This document shows positions 12,364 through 43,946 of a DNA stretch of 64,000 bases, piece after piece. Location of the stretch: assembly GCA_963693365.1 (NCBI GenBank), contig CAVNZM010000002.1:10844328-10908327 (forward strand). Reading direction: 5' to 3'. Below the pieces are notes generated by a model. It was not told where the DNA came from. It did no database searches and saw only the letters and a list, made by a program, of their open reading frames with translations. Each line of letters opens with the position of its first letter. Within the stretch, counting starts at the first letter, position 1. The translations under genes were made by a program, and so were the position numbers. Source of the stretch: Amoebidium appalachense. Lineage: Eukaryota; Protista; Ichthyosporea.

Positions 12364-14061
12364 ATGGCCGACGACGAGGATTTTGTGGACGCAATGGACT
12401 ACCAAACAGACCCAGCACCGCCCCTGGTGCCCGAAATAACCATTAGTGACCCACTAAGAGAGTCCACACAGCAAAACGAAATCGCACAACCAAACGAAAC
12501 CACACAACGAAACGAAAATGCACAACCAAAAGAAAATACACCACTCCCCGCACACAACCTGCCCGTACCACCACCGGAACCCTCACCCACACCACCCACA
12601 CCCACCACCCAGCACACACAGCAACCCCCAAGTAGTGGGACCGCCCCAGGGCACTTGAACACATACAACACGCTGCTGTGGGACTATACAGGCAAGGTCA
12701 CGTCCACGCTGCAGGGGGCACTGGGCGGCCTGGGGGGTATGCTGTGGGGGACGGGGCAGGCCACAGAGAGGCAACAGGACGCCGTTGAGATGGCGGCACT
12801 GGTCAACGAGTGGCGCACACTGGACCCAGGCGAGCTGCAGGACTCAAGGCACTCCAAGCTGGTCATAGCCGTTATGGGCCGGGTGTCTTCGGGTGGGTGT
12901 CCTTGACAGTCAAACACAAAGTCTCCGCTCTGTTTTATTAACTCTTCGTGGCTTTCCGATTGTAGTGCATGCGTCATAATAGTACGAAGTGGTGGCCACT
13001 TTGGGGTCGGAGTTTTGTTTTTCTCTGAAGAATCCTGGTTCTATGTTTTGCATTATTAGCTGCGTCTCTACGTTTGATCTAGGAGGCCTTGATCCCTACA
13101 TACACTGCACGCTGGATCTGGGTTTTGTGTTTTTTCCCAACCCTTATTCCTTCCCTTCATCCCTCTTCCTTCCCCTCTTCTCCCGGGGGCTACACTCACA
13201 CACCATGCATACATACATCTATATCCCTTTTAGTTAACATTTTTCTAAGTGAGCCTATGCGATTTATCCGGCTTGGGCAGCAAGATCTGACTCCCACATC
13301 ATCGCAGGCAAGTCCACACTGATGAAGGCACTGCTGCAAATACCCCCCGAGCGCACGGACGTGCTGGAGGTGTCGGCGCTGTCGGGCACCACGCGGGAGG
13401 CGCAGGCCATACTGTGGCGGGTGGGCCTGAACGACTTTCTGCTGCTGGACTTCCCGGGGTTCCAGGAGGTCTACAACGAGCGCACAGAGGACCAGCAGCG
13501 GTTTGACGACATTATGCGCACGTTCCTGCGCTACGGGGGCATAGACGTGGGCATATGTGTGGTCAACGGGGTGCCGGACAAGTCCCAGAAGGACGACTAT
13601 GACCGGCTGGCGCGCTATGCACGCAAGGTGTTTCTGGTGCGCACAAAGGCAGACGACCTGGAGAGATACAACGACAGGCGCAGGCAGGAGGTTGTGGCCC
13701 AGTGGGTCGACCAGTTCTACGTGGACCGCCTGTACCAGACAAAGGTGGGCGTCCTGGGCTGGGTGGACTAGATAGGTGGTGTGTGGTGAAGATGCAAAAT
13801 GGGGTGTCACACTGTTTTGGTTGGTTGTCCTGGCCTTGTGTTGTGCGACCATGAATGTGGTGGTGTTTGCAACCTCCCTCAAATGCAACTGCATGCATAC
13901 ATACACTTCAGGGCGTGCGCATACATATACACATAAACACATACAAAACTTTAAAGGAAAGGCACGTGTACACGTTACACACGTACAGAACACACAAGGA
14001 AAAGATACATGCACACATGTATATATGCTCACACGTACAGAACACAGAAGGAAAGGGACAT

Positions 14062-14113
<52 letters not shown>

Positions 14114-15036
14114 CACAACAAGGAAATCACATGCACACATACAAACACGCTGATTACACAAGGAGTTACACCTGCACACATATAGGAGACACAAGGAATT
14201 GAACATGCACACGCAAATGTGCACACAAGGAAACGAAGATGCACATTTATTCGCACACACCTGAAGAACAATTGGAGAAACCAGCACCTGCACGTCTGCT
14301 ACACTAGCAGCATGCTGCTGGGGTATTTGGGTTTTAGGGAGGTCACAGACAATGGGCAGGGGGTTGGGGAGGGTTTCATCTTGCAAAAGCTCCCCCCCCG
14401 GTGAATAGGTCGAAACTCGGGTACTGTGGATGACGTGGGCCCCCCCTGAGGATGGGCTCTGCTTATTATGCATACTCTTTATGTATGGTTTGCATTCTGC
14501 ATCGTGTTATCCGTTTGTTCTTGTGTACTTCGTACTTTTTGACCCATTCAAACCCCCTCCCTCCCCCCCCCCCCCCCCCTCCCCCCCCACACACACACAC
14601 ACACACACCAAACCCCCACTCCCCGGGCCCCACCCACCCACCCACCCATCCAAACCCAGCCCCCGGGCCCCATCCCCCCCATCCCCCGTTCATATTGTAG
14701 AAGATCCCTTCTCCCCCCCCTTCTTGATGTGGGGGGGCTAGCCTCTGTAAGGAATGGGATTGCTTCTGTCATGGTGTTGTGCTGTGCATGCATGCTGACT
14801 GTGTGGTGCAGATTCTGGGCTACGACCCTGCCGAGGAAGAGTACTTCCCAAATGCACTGGTGGAGGGGGTGGACGAGCTGCGCAGGGACATCTGTGCGCA
14901 CCTGGAGGGGGAGAGGAAGGCCTGGGGCCTGCAGCTGGTCAGGAACGGCCTGCTCAATGTGTTTGCAGACAAGACAGGCTCCCTGCTGACGGCCAGTGCG
15001 GCCATCCTCATAGCCCTCATCAAGGCCTACAAGTAG
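12364..15036 (+). CDS. TRAFAC-class P-loop GTPase (Era/MMR_HSR1-like G domain) with low-complexity N-terminus and hydrophobic C-terminal tail
   Basis: Exons 12364-12892, 13308-13744, 14812-15036. G1 GRVSSGKST (split by intron 1), G2 SGTT, G3 DFPG, G4 TKAD; C-terminus GSLLTASAAILIALIKAYK*. Confidence 0.88.
14400..14551 (+). mobile_element. Dispersed ~150-bp intronic repeat, copy 1, with hammerhead-like core motifs
   Basis: Near-identical to 27668-27819 with unrelated upstream flanks; contains GGTCGAAACTCGGG and CCCCTGAGGATG. Confidence 0.7.
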
Positions 15037-15424
15037 CCAAGGCACATTGCATGGTGTCTGCTTGCATGTGCCGCCACCTGATGATTCGGTGGCTGCCACA
15101 TGTAATCAAACACGGTTGGAGGCATGGTCGGCACCATTGTGAGCCGGGAGTAATGGCCTGGCCTCAAGGAGCTGTTCTTGGGTGTATGCTGTTGTTTTTG
15201 TAGAGTTGTTATGCACTATGACTTGAATCTTAATTGTTATCCTTCACACATTTAGTATTTATATTGATCTGTTAAACTGTCTATTTATCTAATTAGGGGG
15301 AGAGGGGGGAAGGGGGTTGCTATGCTTGCCCATGATGATATGAATGACTTTATGGAGCACCTGATTGGTCACAACGCTTGGTTTTTAACGTTGATTCACA
15401 CCAACACGAACGAATGTGCCTACA

Positions 15425-18400
15425 CTAATGGCTATAGATGTGTGTGCACACTAGTGTGTGCTGCTGGTGATGTTGGCTGGACGGCAGCAAATACACTGTG
15501 GCTGATGCTGCTAGGGCCTGTCCAGGGTCACCCTTGCAAAGTTCTTGAGCAGGTGCCTGCTGCCACTGGGCCTGGCCTGGGTCACTGGGGCTGTGGCCTG
15601 GGGAGCGGGTGTGCTGGCCTGCAAGTGCACATGTCAGCACAGGGGTGCACACAGGCACATGCATCTTGGGCCAAGGGATGGTGGGGCGCATGAAGGAGTA
15701 AGTGCTCACATGCATGCCGTTCCTTTCCCAATACATGTGGTGGGTGGGGGGGGGGTGGGAGGCAAGAGGAGCGCAGGCATCTGTCGAAACGTGCACTTGG
15801 CAGCTGGTAAGTGAATATATAGAATGCAAGACACGGTTGTCAGCACACCCCTATATGTGCAAGAGCTTTTTGGATGTGTGAACAATCGTGGGCCTGCTTT
15901 GGGTGTGAGAGTGGGTTCTTATCAGGGAGGATTGTTGCGCATTGATAGTACCTTTATAATGGATATCTAGTCATCGGTGTTTTTATGTATGTGGGAGGAT
16001 TGTTGCCCAATTATGGTGCTGCCACCAACGTGTACAGGGCAAAGACTATGGCCCCTAAACTGCACACACTGATACTAGAAGTGCAGCCACCAAGTGAGCT
16101 ATGGGCACGTGGAACACACCTTGTTCCTCTGTGGGGTGTGCATGGTGCGACTGCTTGGTGTTGGCAGGGCAAAGAACCCGTCATCGTCATCCTCCACATC
16201 GTCAAAACACTCCGCCTGTCCCTGCCCCCCTTCTGCAAATGCATCCACATCAGCCCACACCCCTGCCTGCCATGCATTCCCAATGACCTATGGGCACAGT
16301 GTCACGTACCTGTGCGGCCATGCTTTGTGCGTGGTGCATTGGTATATGGGCTGGCCTGCATGCACGATGCCGCCGTAGCCGTCTTTCTTGCTGTTGGGCC
16401 AGGGGCTGTGGGGGGGGCAGCAGCCAGGGCCGGGTAGAGGCCCGATGTGTGGGCCAGCGGGTTGTATTCGTCCACACGCACCTGCGATTCAGTCAAAGTC
16501 CATGAGTCCCACCCAATCCCCTCCCCCCCCCTCTTCCCTCTTCCCCCCTTTCTTCCCCCCCTCCCCCCTCCCCCCCCCCCCCCCTTGAACCCCCTCCCCC
16601 CCTACTCTTTCCTGCAAATATCAGCCACCGTTCATCCCCCCTCTCCCCCCCCCCCCCCTCCCTCCCAAAAAAAAAACCTGCATACACTCACAGACACTAC
16701 CACCACCACCACCACCACCACCACCCTCCACCCATCGTGGCCTCCCCGGCACTCCTGTGCTAGGGTACCCGAGCATAACTGATGTGGTGCCATGAGCTGT
16801 ACGGAAACATGATGGAACGTGCACAGTCGACAGCATGGGAGGAAGGGCAAGCCGGTCATTACTGTGTGGGTGTGGTGGAAGGGAGGGCCAGCAACCACAC
16901 AGGGCCCCACCTATTTGCCCTTCACCAGACACGGCAAAACTGTGGCAACACCTCCCCACTGCGCCGCCCACTACCTTTGCATGCTATACTTTCCCTTCCC
17001 CCCCCCTACCTCCCAATACACAATGATAAAATAAATAAAAAATAAGTTAAAAATAATAGAAAGAAACCGAAAACACGAAGGGACACGTACGCGGTCCAGG
17101 GCAGCGGCCAGTTGCAAATAGGCCTCTGGTGCCACATAGCTGTCCATGTGCTGGTAGCTGGGGGGGGGCCTCACAAACTCCCACGTGGCCAGCCGCTGCA
17201 CGTACACACCGTGAGCATGGGAGTGCACGTGCACACCGTGAGCATGGGGGGGCAACATACAGGCAGGGGCGTGGGGTGGGCAGAGTACCTGCAGCAGGAA
17301 GCAGGCTTTGTCGTTGCTGGGCATCAGCACGTAGAGCCCCCTCAGAGAGCAGTCACTGCCCTGGCTCTGCACCACTACTGCAAGCCCATATGTCAGCCAT
17401 CCATGCAAGCAGGTGTGTGCTCCCGTGCATCACGTGCTGCCTGTATAACCCAGCATGCAAACGAATGCCACCTCGTACTCTACAAACACAATGGCCACAA
17501 TATCACTTCCTGTCTCTGTTCTCTACTGGACATTTCTTTGTGGCATAACATTTGGGAGGGAGGGTATTGGGACGACATACGGTAGCTGGTGTGGGCGGCC
17601 AGGTACTTTGCCAGGGCAGCCACGTGCATGGTGTTGTCCAGCTGCACCTGCTGGGGGCCACTCAGTGCACTGCATGTGATGGTTGGATAGGCAGAAGGGG
17701 TGCATGCCTCTAGGAAATGGGGGGCGGGGGGGGGCTTGTGGAGATAACAGCAGGGGTGGTTGGCTGGCTGGCTATGTTAGAGCGTGTGCAGGGGAAGGAG
17801 AGAAAAGGGCAGAGAGGGAAGGACGGCGAAGGGACTGGTGATGATGATATGGGTGGACATGTGGGGGAACACACCTTGTCTGCAGCCGTGGCATGGGGGG
17901 GGCACTCGGAGGCCACCACACGGTAGGGCTGCAATGCACACGGTCAGTCACAGCCATGCGGGCCTGCACTAGACAGGATAGGTGGCTCACACATCGTGGT
18001 AGCCCCAACACACTCACATAGCAACACGTGCACATTGGGTGGTGCACGTGAAGGGGCCAAACACACTCACACTTGCAGAAATCAACAGGGGGGAATTGGG
18101 GGGGTAACCTACTGGAAGGTTCTTTAAGCACACTTAGGCTGCGAACAAACAACCCCAATTAGGGGAAGGGGGGTAACCGTTGGAGGGAAGGGACAGGGGG
18201 GGTGAGGGCGGGGGAAGGGGGGGGGGAGGGGGGAGGGGGTATCTACACAATGCTCTATCTTCATAACACGTTTACTTGACACAGTCAACATCAATTTGAA
18301 ATACGGGAAGGGGGGGAGGGGGGAGGGGGGGGGGGGGGGGGGGGGGGGAGAGGGGCGGGGAGAAGGGGGGGGGGGGGGGGGGGGGGGGGGGGAGGGGTCC

Positions 18401-19517
18401 TACCGTGCCGTTCATCTGTTGTGTCAGGCCATGGTGTTTGGTGGTGTTTGGTGAGTGCGTACGAAACAGGTGTTAGTGACACACCAACCATTTGAAAGTT
18501 AGTGGCAAAGAGTGCCCCTGTGTGGGGGATTCCTAGTGGCAGTCCTCGGGGCACATGCACTGCATCGTAAGTCTTTTGGTTCTGGGCCTGTTGCACATCC
18601 AACAAACACAGGCCAATAACTGGCGGCACAACAGAGCCTTGTGATTTGCGCCAAGGGCCCAAACGGTCGGGGAGGGGGGGGATGGTCCGGGTGGGACAAG
18701 CAAGGAGGTAGATGGGGGCTAAAGGGGGAGAGGGGGAGGAGGAAGAGGGGGCGGGCAGGGCGGGGGGGGGGGGGGGGGGGGGGGGGGGGAGGAGAGAGGG
18801 GGATTTGGGGGGGGGGGGGGGGGGGGGGGGTAAACAAGCAAGGGGCGAAGGCAGAAGTGGGTGCAAGGCATGGTAATAGCGGGCAGGCAGCAGTGTGGCT
18901 GCATCGGGTGGGTGCATAGTGCCCCTGTGGCCTTGCACCATGCAAGCACGAGGGCATTGGCATGGGCAGTGCTGTGACGCACCATGCTCAGGCACAGGCC
19001 CGTGGCCGGCACAAACTCCACGGCCACCAGCTGCAGACTGCTGCTGCCACATAGCAGGCCCTCAGTCTGGGTGTCCTGCAGCAATGGTCAGCCATTTTGC
19101 CCTGTAAATGGGTGGGTGGGTACAGCAACGGTCTGCCATGGCCTTGGAAAGGCGGCGGGGGAGGGGGGTGGGGGGGGGGGGAGGGGAGGGATGCTGCATT
19201 GGGGGGAATAAAACAGGAGGGTGCTTGGTGGAATCGTTGTTGTGGTGGTCGTCAAGAGGACAGGGCAAAAGTGAACGTGTGTGTGTGTGCCTGTTTGGGG
19301 ACGGGGGGAGGTGGTGGTATTGGTTTGCTGAGAATAGGTGCAATGTAATGGGAATTTACCTCTAGATAATCGAATGTTGGGTGATGTAAAGGGTGTTTGG
19401 CAGGACAGGAAAAAGACAGGAGAGGAAATCCTACACCTAGTGGTGGGTGGCTCCAAGGGCAAAGTGCAAAAATGATTCACTGTTGCAAGTAGTGGTGGTC
19501 GTGTTGTGTGTGTGTGT

Positions 19518-19561
<44 letters not shown>

Positions 19562-22500
19562 TTGAAAGAAAGGGAAGTGGTCAAACGTAAAACTGATGAG
19601 CGGACGCTGTTTTTATAAAGCAAAGGGTGATATCGAGGAAAAGGAGGAGGGAGAATGTTGGAACTGGGGAGAGCAGGAAGGTTAAGGGGGAACACTTTAC
19701 CCATCCAGAAAAACGACGGGCAACCCAGGGGTGATAAAGGCAGCTCACGTGAAAACTCAGTGGGGCAAGGCTGGAGTCGGGGATGACCACTGCATGGGTG
19801 GGGTAGCGGTCAGTATGTGTTGGCAGTGCCATGGGTGTAGGTGAGCATGTGCACGTGGTCACTCTGGCTGTCGGGTGCAGACAGGTAGGGCTGCACTTGC
19901 AGAGCAGCACATGCTGGTCTTTAATAGGAGGTGCGTGGGAGATCGAGTTGATGGTTGGATAGGAGGGGGGGGGTGGAGAGGGGGGAGGACAGGAAGAAGT
20001 GTAGACAGCAGAAGGGTGACAGATAGGATGACGATGGGGGGCCTGGTGCTGTGGAAGGTGAAGTGCGGCGGCAGGAGAGCAAAACGGAGATTTGAGGGGC
20101 AAGCAGGTGGGCGGGAGAGGGGGGACGAGGGAGGGGAAGGGGGTATGTGTCTTGCCTGTCATATTCTCGACGCATGTCTTTGTGTTGGCATCCTGGGGCA
20201 GGCAGTCCACAAGCACCTCGGTCACCTCCTGGGCATCTGCAACCCCCAGCCAATAGTCATATGGATTGGCATGCATATGGGGAACGATCCACAGACGGCA
20301 TGGCCTGCATGCACATTGGCCAGGATGCATCCGTGGAGTGTATGCCATCATTTGTGTGTCTGTGCAAGTCCATAGACGTGTCTATTGGTAGGTGCATGCA
20401 ATATACATGGGCATGTGTTTGCCACTATGACAGCAGTGGTAGGTGCATGCAATATACATGGGCATGTGTTTGCCACTATGACAGCTGTGGTAGGTGCATG
20501 CAATATACATGGGCATGTGTTTGCCACTATGACAGCTGTGGGAGGTGCATGCAATATACATGGGCATGTGTTTGCCACTATGACAGCTGTGGGAGGTGCA
20601 TGCAATATACATGGGCATGTGTTTGCCACTATGACTGTGGTAGGTGCATGCAATATACATGGGCATGTGTTTGCCACTATGACTGTGGGAGGTGCATGCA
20701 ATATACATGGGCATGTGTTTGCCACTATGACTGTGGTAGGTGCATGCAATATACATGGGCATGTGTTTGCCACTATGACTGTGGTAGGTGCATGCAATAT
20801 ACATGGGCATGTGTTTGCCACTATGACTGTGGTAGGTGCATGCAATATACATGGGCATGTGTTTGCCACTATGACTGTGGTAGGTGCATGCAATATACAT
20901 GGGGGCATGTGTTTGCCACTATGACTGTGGTAGGTGCATGCAATATACATGGGCATGTGTTTGCCACTATGACTGTGGTAGGTGCATGCAATATACATGG
21001 GCATGTGTTTGCCACTATGACTGTGGTAGGTGCATGCAATATATCTGGGCATGTGTTTGCCACTATGACTGTGGTAGGTGCATGCAATGTACATGGGCAT
21101 GTGTTTGCCACTATGACTGTGGTAGGTGCATGCAATGTACATGGGCATGTGTTTGCCACTATGACTGTGGTAGGTGCATGCAATGTACATGGGCATGTGT
21201 TTGCCACTATGACTGTGGTAGGTGCATGCAATATATATGGGCATGTGTTTGCCACTATGACTGTGGTAGGTGCATGCTATATATATGGGCATGTGTTTGC
21301 CACTGTGACTGTGGTAGGTGCATGCAATATATATGGGCATGTGTTTGCCACTATGACTGTGGTAGGTGCATGCAATATATATGGGCATGTGTTTGCCACT
21401 ATGACTGTGGTAGGTGCATGCAATATATATGGGCATGTGTTTGCCACTATGACTGTGGTAGGTGCATACCATACACGGCTGTCACCTTGACGTGCACTGG
21501 TCCATTCTGCTCCTCCTCACCAACCTCTATGTGAGCCACAGAAGAGGGGCCAGACAACACGAGCACCTGCATGCATGAGCATATAATCAAATATATGTCG
21601 CTGCATAAATTGATAGCCACCCTGTGTACATAGCCCATTACCCCCCTTCCCCCCCCCACCCACCCCACCCCTCCCACCCCTTCAGCCTCCCTCCCAACAC
21701 CTCTAATGCTGTCGAAGTACGCACTTGCACTATCCTGTTGGCCCTTGGCCATAGCTGAGACGAACCCATAAAATGAATCCCCAAAGACTAAGTGCAGGCA
21801 GGCAGACACTGTGTGCCACAAGCTTCCGGGTTGTTCCCCTCTTGAGCAGACGTGGAATTGTGGATGTGCAGACACACCCACACGTGCATGTGCATGAAGT
21901 GACACTGAGGAACGCACTTTCATGGTGGGGAAGCGGGACCTACCTGTAAGTTCTGGTTGTAGGGATAAGCGGTGCGCAGTTGGGGCACGATGGTTGCTGC
22001 CCGTGCATTGGTGGTGGCTACCAGCAGGTGGCCAGTGGGCAGCCCCCTGGCAGCAAGCACAGCCACAGCCCCGTCAATGCCCGGCTGCTGCCCTGCTGGG
22101 TGGGTCAGTGGCCACTGCATGGTGCTGCACAGTCAAAAGTCGCACCGGGCATGCACTAGTTGAACTGGGCAAGACGCACACACCTTGCATGTAAGCCTCA
22201 TGCAGGCCTGCGGCCCCCTGCACAATCTGCTGCTGCATGGCCCTAGCTCCAATCTTGGCAAGCTCCCGCTGCACATCCAAGAGGCTCTGCAGTTGCTGCA
22301 AAGGTATGACCTCGTGCACCTGCAAACAGAGTAGGCATTGGCACGGGCCCTCGCTCAGTGTCAAGCGATCTAGATTTCCTTACTCCAGTTGGCAACCACT
22401 ATCACATGTGCAACCCACTGAGTGGGCAAGACCTTTTGCATACCACCCTACTCTTCACAGCAAGCCCGAACACCAGTCTACTGCTTGCACAGCCCTGGGG

Positions 22501-22695
22501 TGTTACCTGGCCGTCCGTGTCCAGGGCAAATACTGCCAGGCTGAGGGCTGGCTTCCTGACGGAGGCAAAGTACAGGCTCAGCGCATACTGCAGCCCGGTG
22601 GTGGTGTGCCGGCTGGCATGCACGTCCCACCCACCCACTTCATCGACACTGCAATGGTGGCTGTCAGTCATCTGGCACACGTGGTGCCAAGACAT
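15425..22695 (-). CDS. M1AP: Meiosis 1 arrest protein (M1AP)-like; about 15 exons, 5' end uncertain (may extend to about 24602)
   Basis: Approximate exons 22665-22507, 22319-22186, 22092-21943, 21566-21469, 20236-20156, 19918-19860, 19789-19749, 19074-18983, 17927-17875, 17647-17581, 17365-17289, 17195-17090, 16481-16350, 16232-16120, 15618-15425. Colinear blocks VEFVPATGLCLSM / PYRVVASEC / NTMHVAALAKYL / LYVLMPSNDKACFLLQRLATWEFVRP / LDRVRVDEYNPLAHTSGLYPAL match recalled vertebrate M1AP blocks SSGLCESL / PFILRPTSC / NQQHFHALCHSL / FYVIMPS...LLVKAVATRELMLP / LDSLELEPTYNPLHVQSHLYSHL. Confidence 0.72.
20385..21468. repeat. 48-bp minisatellite, about 22 copies, in an M1AP intron
   Basis: Unit GTGGTAGGTGCATGCAATATACATGGGCATGTGTTTGCCACTATGACT; the first four units are 51 bp; no spacers; abuts the 5' splice site at 21468. 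Confidence 0.97.
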
Positions 22696-23733
22696 CCCCT
22701 TGACTTGTGCTTTTGTTTTGTTGTGCTTCTGGGCTGGTAGCTATGAGTATTTTCACGCATGCAGGATGCAGGTGTACCCACAGGCATAAACTAGAAAAAT
22801 GCAGAAAGATTTTTGAGCATACATCTGTGCACAAGGTCGTTACGGTGAAATGACCTTTGATGGAACCAGCGCACTAGTTATCGGATTCCCAGCCCGCCTG
22901 CTGAGCTTCACAATAACGCGGTCGACTCGATCATCATGGCGCTGATACATCACACGGTTTGTGCCTGACCACTCGTTTTGAGCACACGCCTGCTGGCAAT
23001 TAGCCAAGCATAGACCCGGACTTTCGCACATGCATAAATACCACTATTTAGGGATGATTCAATCGGTGGTACTTCTGCGCTGATAGGGGTGACTACGGCC
23101 TGAGCTCTGAAAACAACACATATAACCCCCGTTGCAGGTACAACTGGTAATGATGCCATGGGGATGCAAGCAGGCACTTACAGCAGGCACATGTCCAGGC
23201 AGGGGCCACCCTTACTTGCTGGCTCCCTGTGTCGGCCGGTTGGCTGAGCCTGATTTCTGGTTAGTGCGCACTGACCATAACCAAATGCACACAGAGTATT
23301 TGGAGAACACCCCCCTCCTCCTCTCCCCTTCACCCCCCCCCCCCCCCCCTCCCCCCATCGGCGTATCACCAATTCAGAACCTCCTTTCTTACAAGAATTT
23401 GCTTTTTGTGTGTTTCCTCCTGATTCTCCTCGTCCCTCATGCCCCCCATCCGCCCCTCCCCTCCCCAAAGCACGTGCTGCTGCTAAGGTTTCCTCACCTT
23501 CTTATCGTCCAAGAGGTCTGTTGCTTTTCCTTTCCCCCCTAGATCTTCTGTCCTTCTCTTAATACAATAAAGTTTACGAATTCATGTGACGCTCACACAA
23601 TTTAATATTGTAGGGCATTTCTTTCTTCCTACTTCATTCCTTTTCAGGAGTTCTATTCCCGCTTTCTTTCATTGATATTTATTTGTTGAAGCTCCCCCTT
23701 CCTTTCCTCTTTCTTTTCTCTCCCGCTTCCTAT

Positions 23734-23765
<32 letters not shown>

Positions 23766-23869
23766 ACCCCACCCCACCCCACCCTCCCCGCTCAACCCTG
23801 CCTTTCAGATTTCACGTCAACACCAGTTGCATTATTTCTGCTACTAATAGTAGCGCTTTCTTTGTGTGG

Positions 23870-24040
<171 letters not shown>

Positions 24041-24247
24041 GCGGGGGGGGGGGGGGGGGAGGGGGGGGGGGATATGGGAAGTTTTTTTCTCGTGGTTCAA
24101 CATAATAAAGCCTAGGTGCACGTGTTTCGTTGTTTTTGACAACCATTGTGGACTGAGGAGTCTGGCAACGACCTCAATAGGCTTGGAAGGGGAAGCCTTT
24201 GTGGTTCCAAAGTTGTGAGTGTGTGTGCGTGTGTATGCGGGCGCGCA

Positions 24248-24279
<32 letters not shown>

Positions 24280-25120
24280 GATCTGGCCGTGTGTGTTGTG
24301 CACGCGTGTGTGGTGGTGGTGGTGGTGGTCGGCGGATATGGGAAGGACCCAGGAGACTTGAAAGTGGAACAGACTATGGCAACTACCGCAAAAAAGAGAT
24401 AGCAGAATAACAAGAACTTTAGGTGGCTGGGGCAGTATGCATTATTCGATCACGAGCGCAGGCGCAGTTTTACCTTGTCCTTCCTTAGAACTGAACTAAA
24501 GCACGGAATGTAACATGTCTGTTTCAAGCCACCTGGAAAGTAAAAACGAGAATGGGGCCATACCTTTCGTGGCTCCTTATATGTCGATTTTCTGGACGTC
24601 ATTGCGCACAAAGAAACCGTTGAATTGGCAAACGTTGAGTTGCTGCAGCTGCAGCCAGGTTCAAAGCTCTGAGCGCAGCTTTATCGTATGACTTATGCGG
24701 GAGCTATTGCGGGCACATATACTGCCTTGAGCTATTGAATTATAAGTTACTTTCTGTGTTTATCCCTCCTAGTTTTCTGCTGCTGTTTCCTCTCTGTGCA
24801 ATCAATCTTGTGTGCTGGTCAGATAGCTATGTAAGGGCGTTCGGCTCACGGGGAGCGGGGGTTTTGCGCCAATATTTGTGATATCACGATTCCAACCAAT
24901 CAGCTGCAGGATTTGCGCAAACACGGAGGCGGGCAAAAAAATTGAACTCACGGACACACTGGCCGGCCGCGGGGGCCGGGCCGGACCATCAGGCCGTGGC
25001 AGTGAGGGGAGCAGTGAGGGGGGTGCACGTACTGTCACAAGGCACGGACTGTGCAAGCCAAAGAGCACGTAGAGGTTGTAACAGGGCATTGCAAGCCCCT
25101 CGCACCGGTCTTTCGCAGCC

Positions 25121-30068
<4,948 letters not shown>

Positions 30069-30523
30069 TAGTGGACGGCTGCTATCTTCCTGGTGTTTGA
30101 TAAGTGCACGTACAGGAGGTTTAGGGCGGATAGGATGTGTTCGTTCTTTTCTTTTTTTGGGGGGAGCATGATGACGATGTGCATGCATGTGCAAGTACAT
30201 ATATGCCCTGCAGGCCAGGGCCCAATCTATTTCATCAGCAGCCGCCAGGGCTGCAGTCTACGCACATGGTGGCCGTGTGGGCCTACATGCCTCTATACAC
30301 TATCTGATGCTTGCTCATACGAGTATGTGGACGGGTTGGTGCCATTGCTGGATGTGTGCGCTGCATTATCATCAAAGACGGTCATCTCAGAGTCTAGTGC
30401 CATGTCCCCCCTACCCACGTGCATGTGCTGCATGTATATGTGCACGTATATGTGCTGTATATGTGCTGTATATGTGCTGTATATGTGCTGTATATGTGCT
30501 GTATATGTGCATACACACACGGG

Positions 30524-43946
<13,423 letters not shown>

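Noticed and set aside
20385-21468. CRISPR array
   Set aside because: Head-to-tail units without unique spacers, no cas genes, and located in a eukaryotic intron.
21700-21860. Additional M1AP exon within ORF 21447-21923
   Set aside because: Splice phases do not fit, and direct NLQ|VLVL joining aligns better with M1AP.
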